This document shows, in pieces, positions 1 to 9,197 of a DNA stretch of 64,000 nt (positions are counted from its first letter, which is position 1; each line of letters starts with the position of its first letter). Below the pieces are notes generated by a model, which saw nothing but the letters and a program-made list of their open reading frames with translations, did no database searches and had not been told where the DNA came from. The stretch is from Gemmatimonadota bacterium (GTDB lineage: Bacteria > Gemmatimonadota > Gemmatimonadetes > Gemmatimonadales > GWC2-71-9). Made by a program: the position numbers and the translations under genes. The stretch is from positions 169,892 to 233,891 of the forward strand of contig JBDHKN010000001.1 in the NCBI GenBank assembly GCA_039586365.1. The letters are read 5' to 3'.

Positions 1-146
1 TAACGGTCAGTGTGCGCTGTATCCTTGTTCTTCGGAACGCACACACTAACCCCGCGAGGGTCCACAGTGTGCACATGGCCTTCGCAGCGCATCAGGCTTC
101 CCGCTGCCGTCAGGCAGCACAACCAGCCGACCCGGCGCGGCCCAGC

Positions 147-863
147 CTACCCTCCGCCAGTCCGGGCCGCACGAACGCGGGTCCCAGGCCCAGCGTCCAT
201 CTGGCGATGGCACTGTGCACAGGTCGCCAAGAGATCTCCGTAGACCTTCGCCCTGTCTATGAACCCTGTTGCCTCACCCGCCTGGGTCCCAAGTTCGTGG
301 ACTCGGCTCGCCAGTTCTCCCACCTCTTCGGGTGATTCCGTCGGTTGCAGCGGCGCCTCAGCTAGGGCAGCCACACCGCGAGACCAGGCTTCCTCGGATG
401 GCCCCACCAATCCCTCCCACAGCCGCTGCGCGGCCCACTGGTGACGCAGCATGTGGGCAACGACCCCAGCCTCTTGCGGCGGGGGTGCAACGAACGTGAA
501 TTGTGCCCCCTCGTCCATACCCTGATGGCAGCCCCCGCAAATGGCTCCCATCTCTGCCGTAGCCGCGGCAGCAGGAGCGATCTCGTTAGCATCGACTATG
601 CGCTGCGCAGCAAGCTGCATCTGCACAACGTGTTGGCCCCAACCCTCGGGGACTCCCTGCGTGGCTTCATGGCGGGCTAGCCAGCGCGCGGGTTCCCGAG
701 CAGCATCGAGGTCACCACTGATAACCGCTGCTCGCGTGGCCTCGACCTGCGTGAAGTGTTCCTGCATGTGGTCCGTTGTGGTTTCGGGTTGACTACACGC
801 GGCCAGTAGGACCAGGCATCCGTGCATCGAAACAATGGCCATCTTATCAATCAATGATCGCAT
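147..863 (-). CDS. Di-heme c-type cytochrome lipoprotein (two tandem cytochrome c'-like helical-bundle repeats)
   Basis: Two CxxCH motifs (CGGCH, CAQCH), each at the end of a ~100-aa repeat; lipobox LAAC; SD GAGGAG before ATG 863. Confidence 0.8.
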   Translation of the reverse strand: MRSLIDKMAIVSMHGCLVLLAACSQPETTTDHMQEHFTQVEATRAAVISGDLDAAREPARWLARHEATQGVPEGWGQHVVQMQLAAQRIVDANEIAPAAAATAEMGAICGGCHQGMDEGAQFTFVAPPPQEAGVVAHMLRHQWAAQRLWEGLVGPSEEAWSRGVAALAEAPLQPTESPEEVGELASRVHELGTQAGEATGFIDRAKVYGDLLATCAQCHRQMDAGPGTRVRAARTGGG

Positions 864-916
864 CACTCTCTCCTCTAGCGACCTCTCCTGTCGCTCCGGT
901 TAAGGCTCGGGGCAGG

Positions 917-1408
917 TCACGCCGTATCTCCTGGAGGTCCCGGCGGCGGCCGCAGTTGGTTACGAAATATCATGCGTGCGCACGTGTTCCAGCGCAGTAG
1001 CGCGTCGTCGTTCTCTGGTGGGCTCAGCCGCTCCGCCTGCTCATATTGGTCCATCGCCTCTCGCAGGAGTTCGAAAACGGCGGGGCCGCTGCCCAACGTG
1101 CCATGTGAGAGCCTCTCCTTAGCATGTCTCTCACAGATTATTCCGGCGTAGTAAGCCCTCTCGTAATCACTCCGGAGGCGACGCAGTAGACCCCGCGGCT
1201 CGCTCACGTCCACGCCACCCTCTTCGCCAAGGCGCTCTGTCAAGGCCAGTATTAGTGTGACTAGCGCTCGCTGATTATGGGGATCGATGGCGAGAATATC
1301 GCGGCAGATGCTGTCAGCTTCCCATGGCTCGTTGAGCAGACGATAGTGTTCTGCCTTCTCGAGTGCTGCTGCGATTCCCTCCTCAGACAGAGCTTTGTAC
1401 TCGAACAT
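917..1408 (-). CDS. Alpha-helical/TPR-like hypothetical protein
   Basis: 163-aa ORF with SD-like GAGGGGAG upstream; TPR-like segment (ICRDILAIDPHNQRALVTL). Confidence 0.7.
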   Translation of the reverse strand: MFEYKALSEEGIAAALEKAEHYRLLNEPWEADSICRDILAIDPHNQRALVTLILALTERLGEEGGVDVSEPRGLLRRLRSDYERAYYAGIICERHAKERLSHGTLGSGPAVFELLREAMDQYEQAERLSPPENDDALLRWNTCARMIFRNQLRPPPGPPGDTA

Positions 1409-1576
1409 GATGCAGTGACTCCCCTCACCGGCAACGCCATGGTATGCGGACTGTTCAGGCTGCCCAATGGGGCCCTAGAGTCTTGCACTTCCAGGCCTGG
1501 GCCTTGAGCGACCGCCGGTGGCAGCTCAGTTTTCCATTACCGGTAAGCAGCGGCGAGTGGGTTGCTGACTCTGCTA

Positions 1577-1609
1577 CGGTCGCCTGCGGCTGATTGCTAC
1601 AGGCGACCG
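1577..1609 (-). terminator. GC-rich hairpin downstream of the cyclophilin gene (possible terminator)
   Basis: 10-bp perfect stem CGGTCGCCTG/CAGGCGACCG; no clear U-tract. Confidence 0.4.
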
Positions 1610-1619
1610 CAGCGGCTGA

Positions 1620-2288
1620 TCAACCGGCCGTACCCTCAGCGGGGTTTGCTGCCTCCCACTCGGCCCGCGTCGTGAGGTAGGCACGGTCTATCACAATCGG
1701 CGGGTCGATCGGCACGTCCTCACGCGTTCCACGTTGCCGCGTTTCGACCTCACCGATCCTCTCGACAACGTCCATTCCACTGATCACCTGCCCGAACACC
1801 GCGTAACCCCACTTCTCCTCAGTGGTGTCGAGTACATTGTTGTCCCTCAAGTTGATGAAGAACTCCGACTTTGCGCTGTTCGGGTCTGTACCACGAGCCA
1901 TGCCAACGGCGCCACGGATATTCAGGAGGCCGTTATCCCCTTCGTTATCGAGAAACGCTGCCGTGCTCGTACGCGGCGCGTACTCAGCAGTCAGGCGACC
2001 AGCCTGGATCAAGATGCCCTTCATGACCCGATGAAAGATGAGGCCGTCGTAGAAGCCACTGCGGACATGCACTTCGAAGTTGGCGACAGACTTCGGGGCA
2101 TTCTCCCGATCGAGTTCCATCGCGATGGTGCCCCAATTCGTCTCCAACACTGCAATGGGCTTCGGGTCTGGCCCCGCAGGCGCCTGTTGTTCGGCCTCGG
2201 TCTCGCCACCATCACCCGCTTCGCTCGCACAACCTGCGACGAGTAGCATGAGTGCGAACGGCAGGATCTTTCTCTTAAGGGATCTCAC
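1620..2288 (-). CDS. ppiA: Cyclophilin-type peptidyl-prolyl cis-trans isomerase, lipoprotein
   Basis: FYDGLIFHRVM, GAVGMAR, SAKSEFFIN, GYAVFGQV motifs; lipobox VAGC; SD AAGGAG. Confidence 0.9.
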   Translation of the reverse strand: MRSLKRKILPFALMLLVAGCASEAGDGGETEAEQQAPAGPDPKPIAVLETNWGTIAMELDRENAPKSVANFEVHVRSGFYDGLIFHRVMKGILIQAGRLTAEYAPRTSTAAFLDNEGDNGLLNIRGAVGMARGTDPNSAKSEFFINLRDNNVLDTTEEKWGYAVFGQVISGMDVVERIGEVETRQRGTREDVPIDPPIVIDRAYLTTRAEWEAANPAEGTAG

Positions 2289-3252
2289 CTACCATCTCCT
2301 TTCTAATGCATCGGGCAACCCCGGTCGGGCCCTCCCAGACGCCAATCCTCGACCAGACGGCCGGATTCAGCATATGCCAGGGCAAAGTACGGAAGTGGCA
2401 ACACCAACGCTTGCCAGAAGACAGTATTATACCACTCCAACAGCATGTTGCCACCCATCGTGGGGACCCAATATCGACAGACGGGCCAACCGCTCTCCGG
2501 TGCACCCACAGGGCCGTACTTCTGGGTGCGCTCAAGCGTCGGCAGTGCGCCGAACCCTCGGCGAAGCCATCTACCCTCGGACCGACATCGACTCGAGTCG
2601 AGCTACCGCCGCACCGCGATCGCCAGCGGCCCTGCTGTTACGTCGTTGCAGCGTTCTGTCGCGCAACGTGCCATTCGAAGCGCCCACTGCGCTCAAGATG
2701 CTGGCCGGCTGCGATTAGGTACTGTAACTGTAACAGAAGAGAATTTCGCCCGCGTCTGCATCGGTCCTTGAAGTTGCTGAAGCCATCCAAGGAGCAGCGG
2801 CAGAAGCCCCGACCCGTTGCCGCCAAGGAAGACACAGTGGTTGCGGCGTGAAACTTGCCACGTCCTGGTAACGGAATGATGTCGGCGCAATTGATGCTAG
2901 GCCGTGCCGAAAAAGCGGGCACGTACGCGCAGGGAAATGTAACTCGACTCATGTCAAGCAGTTAGCATTTCGCGCTGCGGTGGTGCCTTTCCGTCATCCG
3001 CGTGGCGGGTATATTTTCACGGGAGTATTGAGCAGGGCACGACGGTCCGCGTAGCATCAATCCACGTGCAGCATCCCGGGCGCAGCGGCACCTAACTCGC
3101 CACCCCATCCGGCCGTCAGGGAAGTCCCCCCAGGGGACTGTCGAGAAGTTGATCCACAGGATCTTTGCAGGCGTTTTGCCGAGGAATCCATAACGGATAG
3201 TATCCGCGCTGTTCTCTACGGGCGGCGAAACGCCGGAGAAAGGAGGCATCCT

Positions 3253-4629
3253 ATCGCGCACGCGACACGGAAGTTTCAGGTGTACACGCGGAAGGACATT
3301 GACCGGATCCCGCAACTCCGGCAGCTATCCGAGGCCGAGCGTATGGCGATGAAGGCGGTCTCGTTCGTCTTGCCCTTCCGGGTCAACAACTACGTAGTAG
3401 AAGATCTCATCGATTGGTCGGACATCCCCGGTGATCCACTGTATCAGCTCACTTTTCCGCAGCCGGAAATGTTGAGCCAGCAGCACTTTTCACGGATGTA
3501 CGGTTTGGTCCGCAGATGCGCCAGTGTGGGAGAGATCAAAGCCGCAGCTCGTCAGATACAGTACACACTCAATCCGCATCCCGCGGGCCAGCTGGCGCTG
3601 AACGTGCCGCGCGTGAGCGGCGAGCCGATTCACGGCTTGCAGCACAAGTACCGCGAGACCGTCTTGTTCTTCCCGGCTGCCGGACAGACCTGCCACGCCT
3701 ATTGCACGTACTGCTTCCGGTGGCCGCAATTCGTCGGCATCGAGGAGTTGAAGTTCTCCGGGCGGGAAGCAGACCTTCTAGCCGCGTACCTTCGCCACCA
3801 CACGGGTGTGCGAAGCGTGCTCTTTACTGGTGGTGACCCGATGGTCATGAAGGCCTCCAACCTCCGCCGGTATATAGAGCCGATTCTGGATCCCTCTCTG
3901 GAGCACGTTGCGAGCATTCGAATCGGCACCAAGTCACCCGCCTATTGGCCCTACCGGTTCGTCACCGACCCGGATGCCACCGATGTTCTCAGACTGTTCG
4001 AGCAGATCCGAGCGTCTGGGAGGCACGTCGCTGTCATGGCGCATTACAGCCACCCGCGGGAACTGCAGACTGAAATCGCCCAAGAGGCAATACGGCGAAT
4101 CCTCAGCAGCGGAGCAACTATCCGTTCTCAGGCTCCTCTCATCAGGCGGGTGAATGATTCAGCTGACCTCTGGTCAGCTATGTGGCGAGAACAGGTTCGT
4201 CTTGGAGTCATACCCTACTACATGTTCGTCGAACGGGATACGGGACCAAAGGACTACTTCGGAGTGCCGCTCGCGCGAGCGTATGAGATCTTCCGTACCG
4301 CATATACACAAGTCTCAGGGTTGGAACGGACCGTACGAGGGCCTTCAATGTCGGCCACGCCGGGCAAGGTCCTCATCTCGGGAGTGACGAGCATCAATGG
4401 TGAAGAAGTGTTCGCGCTCCGGTTCCTACAAGCAAGAGATCCCGACTGGGTGGCAAGACCGTTCTTTGCGAGGTTCAATCCCCACGCCAAGTGGCTCGAC
4501 GACCTGGAGCCGGCGTTCGGCGAGAGAGAGTTCTTCTACGAAGCGGGGCTGAGGGAAATGGAGGCAGCACAGCCAAAGCGCGGAGAGTCCGGGCGCTTGG
4601 ATCGCAGATTGGCAGTGGTTGGTCGGTAG
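3253..4629 (+). CDS. KamA-family radical SAM/PLP aminomutase (lysine 2,3-aminomutase-like); start probably ATC 3253, first canonical start GTG 3280
   Basis: CxxxCxxC (CHAYCTYC), LQHKYRETVL, LFTGGDP, IRIGTK, IPYYMF, PGK (candidate PLP lysine); AAGGAGG at 3240-3246. Confidence 0.85.
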   Translation: MAHATRKFQVYTRKDIDRIPQLRQLSEAERMAMKAVSFVLPFRVNNYVVEDLIDWSDIPGDPLYQLTFPQPEMLSQQHFSRMYGLVRRCASVGEIKAAARQIQYTLNPHPAGQLALNVPRVSGEPIHGLQHKYRETVLFFPAAGQTCHAYCTYCFRWPQFVGIEELKFSGREADLLAAYLRHHTGVRSVLFTGGDPMVMKASNLRRYIEPILDPSLEHVASIRIGTKSPAYWPYRFVTDPDATDVLRLFEQIRASGRHVAVMAHYSHPRELQTEIAQEAIRRILSSGATIRSQAPLIRRVNDSADLWSAMWREQVRLGVIPYYMFVERDTGPKDYFGVPLARAYEIFRTAYTQVSGLERTVRGPSMSATPGKVLISGVTSINGEEVFALRFLQARDPDWVARPFFARFNPHAKWLDDLEPAFGEREFFYEAGLREMEAAQPKRGESGRLDRRLAVVGR

Positions 4630-4726
4630 CGGACTGCGTTGCCAAGTGCAAGAATGTGAGGCCCGCCAGCGCAGGTCCCTCTTGACGTTCGGCCGCAGCG
4701 GCTCTCTTCCGGGGCTCGATCAAGGA

Positions 4727-5254
4727 CTACCTGTTCAAGATCGAGAGATAGGCCTTCCAAGGGCCCACGGCCCTGTCGTACCGCTTCGCCATCGTACGTG
4801 CTAACTGGCAGATGTGGGAGAGGTCGTGCGCAACCCAAGTCGCAATGAGCTGAGACAGTGTCACCGGGCCAAACTCAGGGTGAGTACCCTGTAGGGATAG
4901 CTGCTCCGGGGCCAGGTTGATTTCCGCTAGAATCTCCAGATTGCGCTGGCGCAGTCCAGCGAAGTCATCAACCAGCTCTCCAAGCGTCTTGTGCGCAATC
5001 CTCTGTTTGAATGCGAACCGGTCAAACGGATCGAAGGTCCGTGTCTGGCCCCGCTCGAGAATAATTCTCGCGCGCGGGATCCAGTCGTCTTCCTCTCCGT
5101 GAATCAAATGACCGATAACATCCCGTGGGCTCCACGTGTCCGTTCCCTCATCGCAGTCTGCCCAGGTGTCGGAAAGCCCGTATAGCATGGCGTGCAACGC
5201 GGCGGGCGTATTGCGAAGCAACTCTACAGCCTCATCAAGCCGGAACTGATCCAC
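4727..5254 (-). CDS. DinB family protein
   Basis: WSPRDVIGHLIHGE and WVAHDLSH His motifs; SD AGGAG. Confidence 0.85.
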   Translation of the reverse strand: MDQFRLDEAVELLRNTPAALHAMLYGLSDTWADCDEGTDTWSPRDVIGHLIHGEEDDWIPRARIILERGQTRTFDPFDRFAFKQRIAHKTLGELVDDFAGLRQRNLEILAEINLAPEQLSLQGTHPEFGPVTLSQLIATWVAHDLSHICQLARTMAKRYDRAVGPWKAYLSILNR

Positions 5255-5293
5255 GCTTCCTCCTGTCGTCCTGAGTAGCCGTCCCCGGGTTGG

Positions 5294-5899
5294 CTACCGC
5301 CACGTCGGTCGTACATCCATGGTGAGTTCGTAGGCAAGTGCCTCAACCAACGGTCCGTACGCCTTGCGGGGATCCTCAGCCGAGAAGTCTGGGATGCCTC
5401 CGGTCAGGGTCAGATGCCCGACCCTGTCTGATATCCGCGCCGACTCACGCCAGATCGATCCGCCGGATTCAGTTGACACCAAACGGACTGCCCCCTGAAC
5501 GGTTATGGTAGCTTCGAAGCGCAGCGCTGACAGGGAAGCCCGGGGCTCCACACCGGAAACGTTCAGGTCTCCCAGGAAGACGGCGGGCACGTTGTAGGCC
5601 TCTCCAATAGCCCGGAGAGCCTCCACGTCCATCCGGTTCATCCCTAGCCCGGCGAGGAGTTGGTCTTGCTCACCCAACTCCAGCAGCTCAATGGCCTGCG
5701 CAGCCAGTACTTGTTCAGCGAAGTACTCCGTTGCCAGGGTATTCAACTCACCTTTTGCGTTTTCCGCAGTGAACGTCACCAACCCGACTCGGCCGTAAGG
5801 TGTGACGTCAAGAAATGGAGGAACGAGCACTCGCTTGGATGCGCAGCCGACTGCGGAGAATGCAGCAATGAACAGCGAGGCTATCAATAGTCTCGACAT
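5294..5899 (-). CDS. Hypothetical lipoprotein (CsgG/LpoB-like alpha/beta fold possible)
   Basis: SD AGGAGGT then ATG 5899; lipobox AVGC; VRLVSTESGGSIWR segment. Confidence 0.65.
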   Translation of the reverse strand: MSRLLIASLFIAAFSAVGCASKRVLVPPFLDVTPYGRVGLVTFTAENAKGELNTLATEYFAEQVLAAQAIELLELGEQDQLLAGLGMNRMDVEALRAIGEAYNVPAVFLGDLNVSGVEPRASLSALRFEATITVQGAVRLVSTESGGSIWRESARISDRVGHLTLTGGIPDFSAEDPRKAYGPLVEALAYELTMDVRPTWR

Positions 5900-5963
5900 T
5901 CCCACCTCCTGAGATATGGCGTACCGGCGGATCCCATCTCTGCTCACAAATAATCGTACCAGC

Positions 5964-6641
5964 CTAGCAAAGATGCTTCGTTCGCGCCACCAAGCGGTCC
6001 GCGAGCCGGGTGGGCTCGGGTAGTCTGAAGTGCACTGCACAGGCGAGTACGAGAGAAATCGCCGTCTCGAGATCGCACAGGTGTCCGACACTGACGAAGA
6101 CCGGCTTCACGGCCGTTCTGGTTCTGAGAATGGCAGCAATCACTTCCCCTTCATGTCTGAGCGGGCTCCTAGAGCCACGGTCGGGTCCCGGTTCGCAGTG
6201 TGTTCCTATGAGCCGGCTCTTGGCACAGCCGATCGTGGGCACGCCGCAAATCACTCCGACATGGCAAGCCAAACCGAAACGTCTCGGGTGGGCCAGGCCG
6301 TGTGCATCACACATGATCGTGTCAGGCCGGTTGCCAAGCTTGCCCAACGCAGCTAGAACAGCCGGTGCCTCACGGAACGACAGCAGCCCTGGCACGTAGG
6401 GGAAGGTCAGCTTGCGCACTGCCGTTCGTTGTTCGACTACCGCTCGTTGGTCCAAGTCCCAAAGAACTGTGCCGGCGATGCAGTGAGTGCGATCCAAGCT
6501 CAGAGCGGCGTCTACCCCGGCCACAAACCGGGTTCGTGTGTTCGGCGCCGTAGTCAATACCTGCGTTGCCAGTCGCCGTTGGATGGCGATGGCTTCAGCC
6601 GGGGTGACAGACCACGAATGTGGTGGTGGCGGTATCTTCAC
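5964..6641 (-). CDS. nfi: Endonuclease V
   Basis: VAGVD, FPYVPGLLSFREAP, DAHGLAHPRRFGLACH, IGCAKSRL, VSVGH, RLPEPTRLAD. Confidence 0.95.
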   Translation of the reverse strand: MKIPPPPHSWSVTPAEAIAIQRRLATQVLTTAPNTRTRFVAGVDAALSLDRTHCIAGTVLWDLDQRAVVEQRTAVRKLTFPYVPGLLSFREAPAVLAALGKLGNRPDTIMCDAHGLAHPRRFGLACHVGVICGVPTIGCAKSRLIGTHCEPGPDRGSRSPLRHEGEVIAAILRTRTAVKPVFVSVGHLCDLETAISLVLACAVHFRLPEPTRLADRLVARTKHLC

Positions 6642-6649
6642 GCCAGCGA

Positions 6650-7642
6650 TCAGCTAGCTTCGGTGATCAAGACCGCAGCCCCACGCAATCGGCCTTCCCG
6701 CAGGTTCTCCAACGCTTCGTTGGCATGATCGAGTGCGTATTTCTCGACGTGCGTAGTCACGGGTACCGTGGGTGCCAATGCCATGAACTCCTCCCCGTCA
6801 CGCCTGGTGAGATTCGCCACAGAACAGATGGTTCTTTCCTGCCACAGAATCTCGTAGGCAAATGCTGGTATATCACTCATGTGGATACCGGCGCAGACTA
6901 CCGTCCCTCCCGGTGCAACAGCCCTGAGAGCGGCGGGCACGAGCCTGCCGACCGGCGCGAAGATGATTGCGGCATCCAGCTCCTCTGGCGGCGCGTCATC
7001 AGAAGATCCGGCCCACTCGACCCCCATTTCTCTGGCGAATCCTTGAGCCGTCGAATCGTCTGCGCGAGTGAACGCGAACAGACGTCTACCTTGGTACAGG
7101 GCCACCTGGGCGATGATATGGGCGGCGGCCCCAAAGCCGTAGAGGCCGAGCCGCTCGGAATCACCTGCCGCGATCAAGGAACGGTATCCGATCAGCCCGG
7201 CGCACAGTAATGGTGCTGCCTGCAAGTCGTCGAAACCACTTGGGATTGAGAAACAGAATCTCTCGTCGGCAACCGTGTACTCAGCGTACCCTCCATCGAT
7301 CCCGTAACCAGTGAAGCGAGCGCTTTGACAGAGATTCTCGCGACCCGAACGGCAGTAGCGACACGCTCCGCAGGTCCAGCCGAGCCACGGTACACCTACA
7401 CGATCTCCCTCCCCGAAACGCGCGGCGCCGGAACCCGCACGCACCACCGACCCGACTATCTCATGGCCGAGTATGAGGGGGAGCTTGGGTTCGGTGAGAT
7501 CCCCATCCAGCACATGCAGATCAGTGCGACACACGGCGCAGGCGCTGACCTTGACTAGTAGCTGTCCTGGCCCGGGTTCTGGGGTGGGGACCTCCCTCTC
7601 TTCGAGCGGACCACCGACAGCTGCCATGACCATCGCGTGCAT
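6650..7642 (-). CDS. Zinc-dependent alcohol dehydrogenase family protein
   Basis: CRTDLH, GHEIVG, CGACRYC...C, GLYGFGAAA; SD GAGGAG before ATG 7642. Confidence 0.9.
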   Translation of the reverse strand: MHAMVMAAVGGPLEEREVPTPEPGPGQLLVKVSACAVCRTDLHVLDGDLTEPKLPLILGHEIVGSVVRAGSGAARFGEGDRVGVPWLGWTCGACRYCRSGRENLCQSARFTGYGIDGGYAEYTVADERFCFSIPSGFDDLQAAPLLCAGLIGYRSLIAAGDSERLGLYGFGAAAHIIAQVALYQGRRLFAFTRADDSTAQGFAREMGVEWAGSSDDAPPEELDAAIIFAPVGRLVPAALRAVAPGGTVVCAGIHMSDIPAFAYEILWQERTICSVANLTRRDGEEFMALAPTVPVTTHVEKYALDHANEALENLREGRLRGAAVLITEAS

Positions 7643-7750
7643 GGCTCTGCCACTCCTCTCTATCCGGGGGGCGCGCTCAGCCAAGCCACCCAACCCTAGT
7701 AGTGCGCCGCCACCCGCCCCGGTTGAACAATCACCGGAACAGGTTCGTGG

Positions 7751-8155
7751 TCAGGCACCACCGCTGCGCCTGAAACGGTCGATGTCACGCCGCTCTCTCT
7801 TGGTCGGCCTGCCCTTGGTTCGGAAGACGGGTGTTGGGAGGGACTTGAGCTGGTCGCTGAGTGCCTCTCTGCGAAGTATCGACTCGGCGGTTTCCTGATA
7901 CAGCGCTTGAGCTTCCCGCACAGGGCCACGTCGTTCCGCGATAGCGCGCACTGTCACGCGGTGCTCGAAGGGGCCTTTGCGGATCAGCAGCTCGTCGCCG
8001 ACATGTACCAGCTTGGCCCGTTTGGCGCGGTGACCGTTGACTTGAACCTTCCCGCCGCCGATGGCCTCGACAGCGAGAGATCTGGTCTTGAAGAACCTTG
8101 CCGCCCACAGCCAGCGATCCAGCCGTACTCCCACTGGTCGGTGTGGATCACCCAT
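7751..8155 (-). CDS. hslR: Ribosome-associated heat shock protein Hsp15 (S4 domain)
   Basis: RLDRWLWAARFFKTRSLA, GRPTKRERR. Confidence 0.93.
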   Translation of the reverse strand: MGDPHRPVGVRLDRWLWAARFFKTRSLAVEAIGGGKVQVNGHRAKRAKLVHVGDELLIRKGPFEHRVTVRAIAERRGPVREAQALYQETAESILRREALSDQLKSLPTPVFRTKGRPTKRERRDIDRFRRSGGA

Positions 8156-8285
8156 GGTCGGAATCGTACTGCACCTCGGGAAATAAGCAAATGGCTATGA
8201 CCCTCATGCCCGACCCTGGATGAACTCGCCGCGTGCGGTTGCAAACCGTATCTTGGCAGGGAGTGCAAGAGAATGGAGGGGAACG

Positions 8286-8747
8286 ATGAAGAGACTTGTA
8301 GTGGGCTTGCTTTGGGTTGTCGTGGTGGGGACGGTCGGTTGCTCGTCCAGTCCCGATCTAGCAGCGGAACTCGAGAATCTCAGGGCAGCCGACCGCGGCT
8401 TCGCTCGGGCCACCGCAGCACGAGGGGTGGAGGGGTGGGTTGCGAACTTCGCAGAGGACGGTGTGATGTTCCAAGCCGGTGCGATTGTGCGTGGGCACGC
8501 TGCGATTGAGGAGTTGATGGCCCCAGCGTTTTCCGACAGTTCGTACATGCTTTCGTGGGAACCCGAGTATGCGGAAGTTTCGAGCACCGCTGACCTCGGA
8601 TACACCGTTGGTCGCTACGAATCGCGCCGCGTCGGCCCCGATGGCGTGTCGCTCGTCGGGACAGGAAGGTACGTGACCATCTGGCGCCGGGATTCGGATG
8701 GCCGCTGGCAGGTGGTACTGGACATCGGGAGCCCTGACGAGCAATAG
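8286..8747 (+). CDS. NTF2-like (DUF4440/YybH) lipoprotein
   Basis: SD GGAGG; lipobox TVGC; ADLGYTVG, GRYVTIWRR...WQVVLD. Confidence 0.8.
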   Translation: MKRLVVGLLWVVVVGTVGCSSSPDLAAELENLRAADRGFARATAARGVEGWVANFAEDGVMFQAGAIVRGHAAIEELMAPAFSDSSYMLSWEPEYAEVSSTADLGYTVGRYESRRVGPDGVSLVGTGRYVTIWRRDSDGRWQVVLDIGSPDEQ

Positions 8748-8807
8748 GGGCGGGCAGTCAGGCCGCGCCCTGACTAGTAGTTAGTGGCTTTCCTCTGGAG
8801 GTGAACC

Positions 8808-9062
8808 ATGGCAGAGGAGTTGGTAGGCACGGTCACGCACTTCTTCAAGGGACCCAGCGTTGCTGTCGTGCGGGTGACCGAGGGGGAGATCGCCCTGGGA
8901 GACAAAATCCACTTCGTTGGGCACACGACGGATTTTGCCGAGACCGTCAATTCACTGGAGGTGAATCACCAAAAGGTCGAGCGGGCGAAAGCCGGTGACG
9001 AAATCGCCATCCAGGTGGTCGACCGAGCGCGCCAGCATGACCAGGTGTACAAGGTGAACTAG
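8808..9062 (+). CDS. Small stand-alone translation-elongation-factor domain-2-like beta-barrel protein
   Basis: SD GGAGGT; VGTVTHFF...GDKIHFVGHTTDF...AKAGDEI...DQVYKV pattern. Confidence 0.8.
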   Translation: MAEELVGTVTHFFKGPSVAVVRVTEGEIALGDKIHFVGHTTDFAETVNSLEVNHQKVERAKAGDEIAIQVVDRARQHDQVYKVN

Positions 9063-9149
9063 TTGACAGTCCGACCGCATACCGCTGCGCGCTGGAGTTC
9101 AGGGGGCTATGGGTGCGGTCGGGTGCAGGAATGTCGGCCCTGCGGTTCC

Positions 9150-9178
9150 CTCCGGGCGGTGTAGCTGACCGCCCGGAG
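9150..9178. terminator. Hairpin between convergent genes (possible bidirectional terminator)
   Basis: 11-bp perfect stem CTCCGGGCGGT/ACCGCCCGGAG. Confidence 0.5.
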
Positions 9179-9197
9179 TCGCCGCAGACGAAGTCAG

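Noticed and set aside
1620..2288. PPIase lipoprotein as a SprA partner
   Set aside because: It is about 50 kb away with no linkage, and it is an ordinary cyclophilin
3028..3054. Short TTG...TAG ORF in frame with kamA (possible amber/pyrrolysine readthrough)
   Set aside because: Poor SD spacing, the extension is not convincingly protein-like, and there are no pyl genes in the window
2080..3315. Several 60-212-aa ORFs in the large gap before kamA
   Set aside because: Arg/Pro/Ala-rich shadow-like composition, no SD and no motifs; typical GC-rich noise
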